DNA of 64,000 nt from Octopus bimaculoides. Lineage: Eukaryota. The position numbers and the translations under genes were made by a program. Positions 38,683-50,691 of the stretch are shown here, piece by piece. Numbering within the stretch: the first letter of the stretch is position 1; every line of letters starts with the position of its first letter. The notes below the pieces were generated by a model that searched no databases, had not been told where the DNA came from, and saw only the letters and a program-made list of their open reading frames with translations. Location: positions 37,138,061-37,202,060 of the forward strand of contig NC_069003.1 of assembly GCF_001194135.2 (NCBI RefSeq), given 5' to 3'.

Positions 38683-40575
38683 AAGAGGAAGAGGAAGAGA
38701 GAGAGGTTATTATTGACACTCTCAGACCTAAAGGAACAAGGCAGCACAACAACAAAAACAACACCAAGAATACCAACAACATCACAACAACTAACAACAA
38801 TAACAACAACAATACATCCACCACATTTTTTTTTTGTATTATCAACTTGTTTTTTATAAAAAGACAAAATCTATTTTCCTTCTACACAAGAAAGTCCTCA
38901 TCCCACCCACCGTACCCGCATCACTGAAAACATTAGCTACAGCTTTTAGCTATATTCATCTATGAGATACATACATACATACATACANNNNNNNNNNNNN
39001 NNNNNNNNNNNNNNNNNNNNNNNNNNNNNNNNNNNNNNNNNNNNNNNNNNNNNNNNNNNNNNNNNNNNNNNNNNNNNNNNNNNNNNNNNNNNNNNNNNNN
39101 NNNNNNNNNNNNNNNNNNNNNNNNNNNNNNNNNNNNNNNNNNNNNNNNNNNNNNNNNNNNNNNNNNNNNNNNNNNNNNNNNNNNNNNNNNNNNNNNNNNN
39201 NNNNNNNNNNNNNNNNNNNNNNNNNNNNNNNNNNNNNNNNNNNNNNNNNNNNNNNNNNNNNNNNNNNNNNNNNNNNNNNNNNNNNNNNNNNNNNNNNNNN
39301 NNNNNNNNNNNNNNNNNNNNNNNNNNNNNNNNNNNNNNNNNNNNNNNNNNNNNNNNNNNNNNNNNNNNNNNNNNNNNNNNNNNNNNNNNNNNNNNNNNNN
39401 NNNNNNNNNNNNNNNNNNNNNNNNNNNNNNNNNNNNNNNNNNNNNNNNNNNNNNNNNNNNNNNNNNNNNNNNNNNNNNNNNNNNNNNNNNNNNNNNNNNN
39501 NNNNNNNNNNNNNNNNNNNNNNNNNNNNNNNNNNNNNNNNNNNNNNNNNNNNNNNNNNNNNNNNNNNNNNNNNNNNNNNNNNNNNNNNNNNNNNNNNNNN
39601 NNNNNNNNNNNNNNNNNNNNNNNNNNNNNNNNNNNNNNNNNNNNNNNNNNNNNNNNNNNNNNNNNNNNNNNNNNNNNNNNNNNNNNNNNNNNNNNNNNNN
39701 NNNNNNNNNNNNNNNNNNNNNNNNNNNNNNNNNNNNNNNNNNNNNNNNNNNNNNNNNNNNNNNNNNNNNNNNNNNNNNNNNNNNNNNNNNNNNNNNNNNN
39801 NNNNNNNNNNNNNNNNNNNNNNNNNNNNNNNNNNNNNNNNNNNNNNNNNNNNNNNNNNNNNNNNNNNNNNAATAATAATAATAATAGTCATGATGGATAT
39901 TCTGGGCTTCGTATATTTAATCCAGTTTCACTTTGATGGCGTGCACTGCTCTCTCTCTCACTCAATAACAGCGATTTTTATTTAAATTTAAACTTTTATA
40001 TAATTTCAGAGTTTATTATTTAGTTTTTTTTTTTATTTCAAAGTATTTTTCCGAGTTTGAACAAATTACGAATGTTTAGGGGGGGGGGAGAAGGTGTCAC
40101 TCCCTTTTTATTGGGTTTTTGTCGTCTTCTGTCTCAACTGGCTAAAAGAAACCGTGACAACCTCTGTAAACAGTAAAATGATTATAGAAGCTATAATAAC
40201 GATTTTAGATTTGATCATTATAAAATATAGAATTTCATTGGCAGTAAAGCGTTTATTTTAAGATAAAGCGATATTAGAAATCCTGGATTACGACGGAAAA
40301 GACGAAATGACTGGAATTTTAGGCTGGTCCATTCGCAGTTGAGTATTTGTAGTTATCTCCCCTGGACTGAATATGCCGTAATGCTACAAAGGACGGTCGT
40401 TAGGTCTGGGAGGAGAACGATTAAGGAGGGAAATAAAGAATGGATCAGATAATTGTTGTCGTCAGGAATTCTCAAGAACTCCAAAGAGTAAAAATAAATT
40501 AAAGCTCACAAGGAGCAGATTGTGAATTCTGTCCTTAAACGACTTCTATCCTTTCTACCTAAAGCAGCGTCCAGT

Positions 40576-40622
<47 letters not shown>

Positions 40623-40818
40623 GTCTATTTGTCCGTCTATTTTGATTCACCCCTAATTAACGTTCACTCTACAAAATGGCTGTGCATTTTTCTGCTTTCA
40701 TTCCGAATCTGGTTCCATTTCAAGTGTGTAGAATATTACTAAAATGGGAGGGGAGACAAGTGAGGGAGAACAGAAACAAAAATTAAACAAACACACATAT
40801 ACGTGTGCGTGTGTACAT

Positions 40819-40853
<35 letters not shown>

Positions 40854-40854
40854 T

Positions 40855-40894
<40 letters not shown>

Positions 40895-43081
40895 CAAAAT
40901 TCTTTCAATAAATGAAACAATAACGACAATAAAGTTGACATTGACAAAATTGTACAAAGCTGGGTNNNNNNNNNNNNNNNNNNNNNNNNNNNNNNNNNNN
41001 NNNNNNNNNNNNNNNNNNNNNNNNNNNNNNNNNNNNNNNNNNNNNNNNNNNNNNNNNNNNNNNNNNNNNNNNNNNNNNNNNNNNNNNNNNNNNNNNNNNN
41101 NNNNNNNNNNNNNNNNNNNNNNNNNNNNNNNNNNNNNNNNNNNNNNNNNNNNNNNNNNNNNNNNNNNNNNNNNNNNNNNNNNNNNNNNNNNNNNNNNNNN
41201 NNNNNNNNNNNNNNNNNNNNNNNNNNNNNNNNNNNNNNNNNNNNNNNNNNNNNNNNNNNNNNNNNNNNNNNNNNNNNNNNNNNNNNNNNNNNNNNNNNNN
41301 NNNNNNNNNNNNNNNNNNNNNNNNNNNNNNNNNNNNNNNNNNNNNNNNNNNNNNNNNNNNNNNNNNNNNNNNNNNNNNNNNNNNNNNNNNNNNNNNNNNN
41401 NNNNNNNNNNNNNNNNNNNNNNNNNNNNNNNNNNNNNNNNNNNNNNNNNNNNNNNNNNNNNNNNNNNNNNNNNNNNNNNNNNNNNNNNNNNNNNNNNNNN
41501 NNNNNNNNNNNNNNNNNNNNNNNNNNNNNNNNNNNNNNNNNNNNNNNNNNNNNNNNNNNNNNNNNNNNNNNNNNNNNNNNTATATATATATATATGCTCA
41601 TATGTGTGTGTAACAAAACCTAAAATAAATCTACTGGAACCCCAATCTGTGATAAGGGAGACAATCTACGAAAATCTAAATCCTATTATGTACATTATCA
41701 GACAACTTGTACATTATCGAACAAATTGAACTCGTAATTCTGAAGAAGTGGGACCAGCCACAGGGAGCAGAAAGGGATTTCCTTATCTCTGCTCCTTCTG
41801 ACACCCTCTGACATGGTGTGATCGAGGAGAGAGAGGTATATGAATATAAAAGTGTAAAATATGCTGCTAAGCTCACTGAACTCCACATCCCACAAAATGG
41901 CTGATGAAGGGATCCATTATTGTTCCCTTAGTTATGTAATTTAGTAATTTGATTGATCAGTTATTGGTTTCGGATATCTATATCATTTTGTGAGCTTACT
42001 GATTCCTATCAGTAATTGATTAATTCATGACTAATGATTTATAGCATGGAATAATCAGTCACTTGAACCATTGTTTATGGATTATCTCAGATACTGATAA
42101 TCTGTACTGATCTATTTTCAACCAGTTGTTTATTAATCTTTGATCTCTGTTCATATCTTTTACTGATCAACAGATTTATATAAGGGCATAAATAGAGATA
42201 AATTATTTTAAAGGATAATCTCTGAAGATTAAACAGTTTGGAAGTCCTGAAAAGGGTTATGAACAAAACCCCTTTTTCCTCAAGGGCAGGATATATTGAT
42301 TAGTCTTAGAAGATTAAGGTTTCATTAATTCTATTTTAAGGAAAGCTAATTATTGAATTGCTAATGATATGAGTTGACTATGTTGATGACCCTTTAGGGT
42401 CACATTACAGAAGATGGATAAAAAAATATTAAGCATTTAATTCTAAGAGTTCAGCCAAAGTGGGAACAGCAAAAGCCTTTCTGTCCCCTTTTTTCCAACA
42501 TGTTCCCACTTGGGGGCAATGGATTGGGGTTTTTTAACCACTGCAGAAGAAGAACAACAACAAAAATATTTTCAGATTTTCTGGATGTTGCAAATAATAT
42601 TATTTTAATGAAGCAGCTGGCTGTGAAATGTTATTCAAATATGAAGTTCTGTTATTAGAAAGACCAAAATTATATGAAGTAAAACTGAATATAGTTGAAA
42701 TATAATTAAATAATCTTGAATATTAAACTCTTTTAGAAATTGTAAACTGTTTTCAAATAATGCTTGTAATGTCGGTTGAGGACAACTTCGTAGGAGAGGA
42801 TCATTAACGAGAGTCTTCCAGTTAAGAGGATAAATAGAACTCCACTTCATTTGGTTTATTTATTGTGAAATGCGTTCGTTATTTCATGATCTGGTAATAA
42901 ACACTTGAAAAACTATGACTTAGAGAAGGTTGTTCCTTAAGTTTACAACAAATATTGACCACTTAGTATCGAGGTAAGGACAAGGGTCTTATTGCAGCCC
43001 AAAGTATATTAGTTGCAAGATTTTCTAGTCTAAGGAACTGTTAGTTGTTAGTAGCAAACAGCCATTTACAAGCATTTATCT

Positions 43082-43149
<68 letters not shown>

Positions 43150-44356
43150 TGACTATTTATTATTTGTCCAGCATGTGCTGCAACCATTGCCCCCTCCACC
43201 ACCATCACTACCACCACCGCCGCGACTATCATCATATCACCACCACTACCACCGCCATCCACACCACCGCACAACCATACACCTCCTCCTGAATCTACCG
43301 ACACAAAACAGTAACAACAACAATTGAAGAAAAAAAATCAAAAAAGAAACCACCAAAACATACAAAGTGATAAACAACCAGAAAACCCTTCAAAAAAATT
43401 GGGGACAGTGGAGAGATGAGAGAAAGGGAAGGGGAAACCTAGACAAAGTTAGTGCTGTCAGAGTGCTCTCCCTTGTCATTCTCCCCAACAAACCCGGGTC
43501 ACCTTGTTTAGGTTCTTACCTGAAACCCCACAGGGCAATCAACGGGAGTGAAAAGTAAGGGCTACCATCACAGTGGAGCAAATTAAGTTCCAAAATGTGG
43601 CAGACACAACCGAATACCAGATGAGACCAACGGTAAAAAGAAGGTGACCGCTGTACGTCATCCATGTCCCCCAGAAAGGGTCAAAAGTCATGGAATATGT
43701 CTAATTGTGTCATGAAACACAACAACATCAAAAACAACAAATGGAAACAAAATGCAAGTAAAGAAAAGGAAAAAGAAATACAAACAATAAGATACGACTC
43801 CCCCCCCCCCTCTGCACGGAATTGGGGGAGGGGTTATGTTGCTCCTATTTGTTTTTTTTTTCCTCTTTACAGAAACGAATTGAAACAAGACATTAAATGT
43901 AAATAATGACCGACGTCTCATGTTTTGATATTTCTTCTTTCCTGATTTTTTTTCTTTTTTATTTATTTATTCTTGTCTTCGTTGTTCATTTCTTTAGCTG
44001 TCCATGATCTCAGGTGAACGATGTTCCAGCCGATAACAACTTGTCTTCTTTTATTTCCACCTTCGTGNNNNNNNNNNNNNNNNNNNNNNNNNNNNNNNNN
44101 NNNNNNNNNNNNNNNNNNNNNNNNNNNNNNNNNNNNNNNNNNNNNNNNNNNNNNNNNNNNNNNNNNNNNNNNNNNNNNNNNNNNNNNNNNNNNNNNNNNN
44201 NNNNNNNNNNNNNNNNNNNNNNNNNNNNNNNNNNNNNNNNNNNNNNNNNNNNNNNNNNNNNNNNNNNNNNNNNNNNNNNNNNNNNNNNNNNNNNNNNNNN
44301 NNNNNNNNNNNNNNNNNNNNNNNNNNNNNNNNNNNNNNNNNNNNNNNNNNNNNNNN

Positions 44357-44454
44357 GAAAAACGGACCGCGATCTCTGCTCCGTCGCCGGGCGGAAAAAC
44401 GGACCGCGATCTCTGCTCCGTCGCCGGGTGGAAAAACGGACCGCGATCTCTGCT
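44357..44454. repeat. 37-bp GC/CpG-rich tandem repeat, at least 2.6 copies (GAAAAACGGACCGCGATCTCTGCTCCGTCGCCGGG[C/T]G)
   Basis: Units at 44357-44393 and 44394-44430, and a partial unit at 44431-44454. Abuts an N gap, so the true copy number may be higher. Confidence 0.93.
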
Positions 44455-45410
44455 GCTGTTTCTAGCAAATTGAAGGACCAGATAGAGCCAAAGTATGGAA
44501 AACTTTGTCTGTAAATGACATCTTGCCACCGACTGTCAACTTCTCTAGCAATCTAATGAGCAATGTAAGATGGCAATGGAAGTGGTTTATCCTCTGTTAA
44601 TATATCAAAGTAAAGAGGTGGCAGTGCCAGAGAATGGAAGAACCGTTAGCATGCTGTGCAAAGTGCTTAGCAGTATTTTATCAGTCTTTCCGTTCAGAGT
44701 TCAAATTCAGCCAAGGACAACTTTGTCTTTCATCCTATTGGAGTCAATAAAATAAGTACCGGTTGTGCACTGATGGGGGTGGGTGATCTAATCGACTAAA
44801 CCCCTTCCCAGGACTTGTGCTAAAATTTGAAACCAAAATATTCAAGTCTCATTCTCTATTTCCTGCCCCACAACATCGATTGTAATCAGCTTACCCCTTT
44901 TCTGCCCTACAAGATTTCCAGGCTTTGTGCTCAGAGCAGAAAGGATTAGTAATGGCCAGGTGATGAGCAAGCAGAATTGTTAAAGCCATGCTGTATTTGC
45001 TTCAGCTCTCTCTCATTCTGAATTCAGTTCCTATCTCTAAGCATTTTGTTTGATGCACCAAGGAATCAATCCACTCACAGCCTTTCTCAATGCTTCATAA
45101 ATATCATAGAACAAAGTTTCAATTCAAACTTTGTCTCTAAGCTAAAAGGTTATTATTTGTTACTGTCTTAAAATAGCAGGACTCCAACAGTCAAATAGAA
45201 ACTCTATCATATATAAGTTTCAGTCACCCAACCAGTTCTTGTTAAAAGACAAAATAGAGTTTACATCCACAGAATTCTTTTTATTTTTTTTTTTCTTCTG
45301 CCTGGTTGTTAGACAAGTTTAAATAAAGTTTAAACCTATCTATATTTAATTAAACGTGACAAGTTGTCTGCCAGCTTTTCAACCTTCAAAGTAGCCAGAT
45401 GTTTGAGAAA

Positions 45411-45663
45411 GATTGGCCAAGTGGACAAGGACAGATTGGCCAAGTGGACAGGGAGAGATTGGCCAAGTGGACAAGGACAGATTGGCCAAGTGGACAGGGA
45501 GAGATTGGCCAAGTGGACAGGGACAGATTGGCCAAGTGGACAGGGAGAGATTGGCCAAGTGAACAGGGAGAGATTAGCCAAGTGGACAGGGAGAGATTGG
45601 CCAAGTGGACAGGGAGAGATTGGCCAAGTGGACAGGGAGAGATTGGCCAAGTGGACAAGGACA
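45411..45663. repeat. 23-bp minisatellite, 11 copies (GATTGGCCAAGTGGACA[A/G]GGA[C/G]A)
   Basis: Directly visible head-to-tail units with no spacers. Confidence 0.95.
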
Positions 45664-48159
45664 TTAGGAGAGTTTGTTTAGAAATGAAGATGCTTAAATG
45701 AAAACAGACAGCCTGGTAGTGTTTCAGAAGAGATAAGAGTAAGGCAGCTGGTGATGATCTGAGATGAAAGCAAATGAAATGTAGACGGAAGCAAGGAACC
45801 AAAAAGACCTGACAATGAAGAGGTGATTAATTTTCAAATAAACAATATCGTGGCCAAACTGGAGTACTTGAAGAATTTAATCAAATAGACCCCAGTACTT
45901 ACTTCTTTTAAGTGTAAGACTTATTTTATCAGTGCCTTTTGTCAAACTGCTAAGTTACAGACATAAACAAACCAACACTGGTTGTCAAGCAGTGATGGGA
46001 GACAAACACACACACACGATACAACCGAATTCATTCACAAGAAATTGTTTGGCCCAGAGCCACAGCACTTGCCCTAGCTACTGGCACCGGAATTGAACCT
46101 CAAATTATGTTTGCAATTTTTTTGATTTAAAAAAAAAAAAGTCATTAAAAAATTTAAAAACCATTATTTCTTTTGAATTTTCTTCAATATTATTTCAGTT
46201 TATTTTCTCAAATGGAAGATGCAGATGAATTTACATACAGACAATTTGTAATTTAATAATAAAAACCCCAACTCCGAACATGAAATGCAAGGTTTATCAG
46301 CAAAATAACTTTATATGTCTTAAAATAACAACTGTAAAAAAATAAAAACTGGAACTTGCATTTAAAATATACAGAAAATCGATGGAAAGGTGGAGGGAAG
46401 AAGAAGAAGAAGAAGAAGAAGAAGAAGAAGAAGAAGAAGAAGAGATATAAGAGGAGGGAGAAGCTGAAAGAGTGAGAGAGAGAGAGAGAAAGAGAGAAAG
46501 AGGAAGCTGAAAGGAGAGAGAGAGAGAGCAAGCGGGTGAAAGAGTAAAAGAAAGAGAGAGAGAGTGATAGGGGAGAGAGGTAGGGGCTTAGAATGTGAGT
46601 AGGCTTTCAGAATTTTATTTAAAAACCAATAAATATAAAAGACATGAACAGTTTAAAAAAATTAACAAAAATTTTAATTTCAATTTGTGTCTAAAATAAG
46701 GGAGGAGGGGGGAGAGGGCTTTCATGTTTTCCTTTTGTTTTGTTTTTCCTTTTTTGGTTTTCATTGAAAATATATACAGAAATGAATAATAAAAGATTAA
46801 AATAAAATAAAATAATGTGTAAAAAAATAAATAAAAGCAACATTTATTCAGTTAAATGTGTGTATNNNNNNNNNNNNNNNNNNNNNNNNNNNNNNNNNNN
46901 NNNNNNNNNNNNNNNNNNNNNNNNNNNNNNNNNNNNNNNNNNNNNNNNNNNNNNNNNNNNNNNNNNNNATATCTTTAGTTATTTAATTTCAAATGTTTCT
47001 AGACGTATTATCTTTTCTTCTTTGCTATTATCCCATCATGAGGCAAAATCTTTCTTTATACACGTTTTTCCTTATATTTTTTTTTTTTTTATTTTGGTTT
47101 TTACACTTTACTATTTTTTTCTGGGAGGGCAGAGAGAGAGAGTGTTGTCAGAATTGATATTTCCTGAGGCTGTTGGCTAACTGGCATTGGAGTAGTAACA
47201 GGTCTGCATTTGTTTGCATGTGTGCCCCTGTGTGTGTGCATGTGTGTGTGTTATGGGAGTAACTATTGCCCAAGGGTGTGTCAGTAAAGAAAGTAATGGA
47301 AGGAAGAGTTATGAATCCAAGATATTAACGACACTAAAGGTAGGGGATAGTAATGTGGTACTCTTCATCATCATCATCATCGTCATGGATATAATTTTTG
47401 GCACAAGGCCAGCAATTTTGAGGGGAGAATGAAGTCGAATACACTGACCCCAGCACTCGACTGGAATGACCCCCAAGAGGATAAAAAGTAAAGTCAACCG
47501 CAGCAGAATTTGAACTCAAAACATCAAAATGGATGAAGTGACGCTAAGCATTCAGCCCAGACTGCTAACAACCCTGTCAGCCTGCCACCATAATAATGAT
47601 GATGATGATATACTACATCCACACAATATACCAAGCATATAGGGTGTATATACATTATATAGCAGACTGTATTTAGCTGCAGCCGATTCTGTTTAGAGGT
47701 CAAATCCAGTTAGGGTGGAATTTGGTCATTAATCCATTAGGTAGCAGTGGGTGTGGCAGATAAAATACGTACCAGTAATGCACTGGAGTCAATTCAATTA
47801 ACTTTCTTGTCTTACCCCCACCCCCACCCCCACCTAGTTCTCACTAAAAATCAATAACAATGATAATAAAGATTGCCAACTTCAGGATAAGGTCAGAAAT
47901 TAGTAGCAGAAGAAGAAACAAAAGGGACAAGTAATTCTACTGTTTCCTAGGGCTTAGCTTGATGAATAACGTATTTAATCAATGTTAGACAGGTAAAAAG
48001 AAGTATAATTCTAATAGTATCAAAGCAACTTTGACGAAGCACCTGGAGAAAAAGGAACATAGAGGAACAGGTAATTAAAATATTTGGTACAAAGAGCCCG
48101 TCACCTAACAACACCTCATAGGAAATACAACTGAATTCACTCCTCTAAGAGCATAGATA

Positions 48160-48219
<60 letters not shown>

Positions 48220-48448
48220 TACATATATATATGTGTGTATCTGTGTGTACACACACACAGATATATATGTATGTGTGTGCATACATGCATATCCACTCCC
48301 CTTTGTAATATTGACATGCAGAGTATACATCAGCTTATTAGCTATATACTTATATACACACACATATTTCAATGCATTTTATATATGTAAGCCACACACA
48401 CACAATTATATATACACATGCATACACATCCCAGGCCATTTTATACAC

Positions 48449-48481
<33 letters not shown>

Positions 48482-50547
48482 TATATACATATATATACAT
48501 ATAGATATATACACACACACACCCACCCATACATGCACACACATTTATATATATATATACACATACGTTAAGATATATACGTACATATGAACATTTATGT
48601 ACACATACCTGTACACAAAGCGCACCCTTTATACATACATAGAGTAGTTACTGGATTCCCATCAGCTTCAATGACAGGTATTACAATTGTTCAAGCAACT
48701 GGAACAGCTTATTTATTGAATTAAGAGATACCTGGAGAATCAGCATGACGGTTGATGGTGTGTGACTAGGATGGACTTGTGAATTCCACGTAGAATCCAT
48801 CTGATGAGCTTCTACGTACTTTCTGTCCACCCTTTATCACTCACAAGACTGGAGGCAACCCAAGGCTGTGATTAAAGACACTTGCTCATGACGTCCATGC
48901 AGTGGGATCGAACCAGAGACTGCATGATTGCAATGCAAACTTCTTAACCATTCTGCATTCAGGAGACACATGCACACACACACACATTCATTGAAAGAAA
49001 AACATTTTTTATGGACATGTCTATTGATAAACATATCCCAAAATATACACACACACACAAGTCATTAACCTGGTCCCACAATGCATTCCCCCCCTCCTGA
49101 TCCTTTCAAACTTTTCCATTTTTACACTCAGATTCTGGTCTAAGAGGGATGTGTCACCAATGTCTGGAAATGGAGAAGGTGGACAGGGTTTCAAATTCCT
49201 CTCCAGTTGGCAGGGAGCAAAACAAGGCAACAGCGTTGATTATTGATAGAAATCTTTGATAAGTTCTTTAACCAAACCCATTTCATCATCCACCAAAATA
49301 TTGAAATTTGCCCTTCAATTCTCTTGAATCTTACATTGGCCTTCAGCAAACTGACCATTTCTCTGTGCTTTTCCCACACACATACATACATATATATACA
49401 TGTACATATATTACACATGCATACACTCAAGTATAATCACACACACACATCGACACATGTGAACAACAAGTCTCTTCTCTCTGGGGTAGAAACGGAAAGA
49501 AAGGATGTGGGTGGCTGCGGGTTGGTGGACGGGTGTTGGTGCGTGCTCACTATCTGCACCTCAATGACACCACATTGATTTATCAAGCTGAGCTGAGTCT
49601 GGATTTGGAAAAGGAAGTCGGGGCTGGATTAGAGGAGATTAAAGGTCAGGTCAATTTTGCTAGCGAATGCAGATGTCTTTCGGAGACACAAGAAAAGGTA
49701 AANNNNNNNNNNNNNNNNNNNNNNNNNNNNNNNNNNNNNNNNNNNNNNNNNNNNNNNNNNNNNNNNNNNNNNNNNNNNNNNNNNNNNNNNNNNNNNNNNN
49801 NNNNNNNNNNNNNNNNNNNNNNNNNNNNNNNNNNNNNNNNNNNNNNNNNNNNNNNNNNNNNNNNNNNNNNNNNNNNNNNNNNNNNNNNNNNNNNNNNNNN
49901 NNNNNNNNNNNNNNNNNNNNNNNNNNNNNNNNNNNNNNNNNNNNNNNNNNNNNNNNNNNNNNNNNNNNNNNNNNNNNNNNNNNNNNNNNNNNNNNNNNNN
50001 NNNNNNNNNNNNNNNNNNNNNNNNNNNNNNNNNNNNNNNNNNNNNNNNNNNNNNNNNNNNNNNNNNNNNNNNNNNNNNNNNNNNNNNNNNNNNNNNNNNN
50101 NNNNNNNNNNNNNNNNNNNNNNNNNNNNNNNNNNNNNNNNNNNNNNNNNNNNNNNNNNNNNNNNNNNNNNNNNNNNNNNNNNNNNNNNNNNNNNNNNNNN
50201 NNNNNNNNNNNNNNNNNNNNNNNNNNNNNNNNNNNNNNNNNNNNNNNNNNNNNNNNNNNNNNNNNNNNNNNNNNNNNNNNNNNNNNNNNNNNNNNNNNNN
50301 NNNNNNNNNNNNNNNNNNNNNNNNNNNNNNNNNNNNNNNNNNNNNNNNNNNNNNNNNNNNNNNNNNNNNNNNNNNNNNNNNNNNNNNNNNNNNNNNNNNN
50401 NNNNNNNNNNNNNNNNNNNNNNNNNNNNNNNNNNNNNNNNNNNNNNNNNNNNNNNNNNNNNNNNNNNNNNNNNNNGGAAAGAGAGGAGGGAATGTTGAGA
50501 GAAGCCAGTTGCTGGCAACATGATAAGATCAGACAACAGTGGTGGTG

Positions 50548-50691
50548 CTATGACGACAAACTCTCGCCTTCTTCATCTTCACAGCATTTACATAGTTTAC
50601 ATTTGCAGCACAGAATACAGGGAGCAGCCATCAGCAGGAATGGTGAAGCTATAAGCAGTAGGACTCCGAAACCAGCAAAAATACCCACAAC
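50548..50691 (-). CDS. RNF144: RNF144-like last coding exon (TM anchor VVGIFAGFGVLLLIASPFLLMAAPCILCCKCK...*)
   Basis: Acceptor ttttttaaag and TAG at 50548-50550. Nearly identical to the RNF144A TM segment VVGIFAGFGLLLLVASPFLLLATP. Confidence 0.93.
   Translation of the reverse strand, partial: VVGIFAGFGVLLLIASPFLLMAAPCILCCKCKLCKCCEDEEGESLSS

Noticed and set aside
45411-45663. 23-bp and 37-bp repeat arrays as CRISPR arrays
   Set aside because: The units are contiguous with no unique spacers, there are no cas genes, and the context is eukaryotic.
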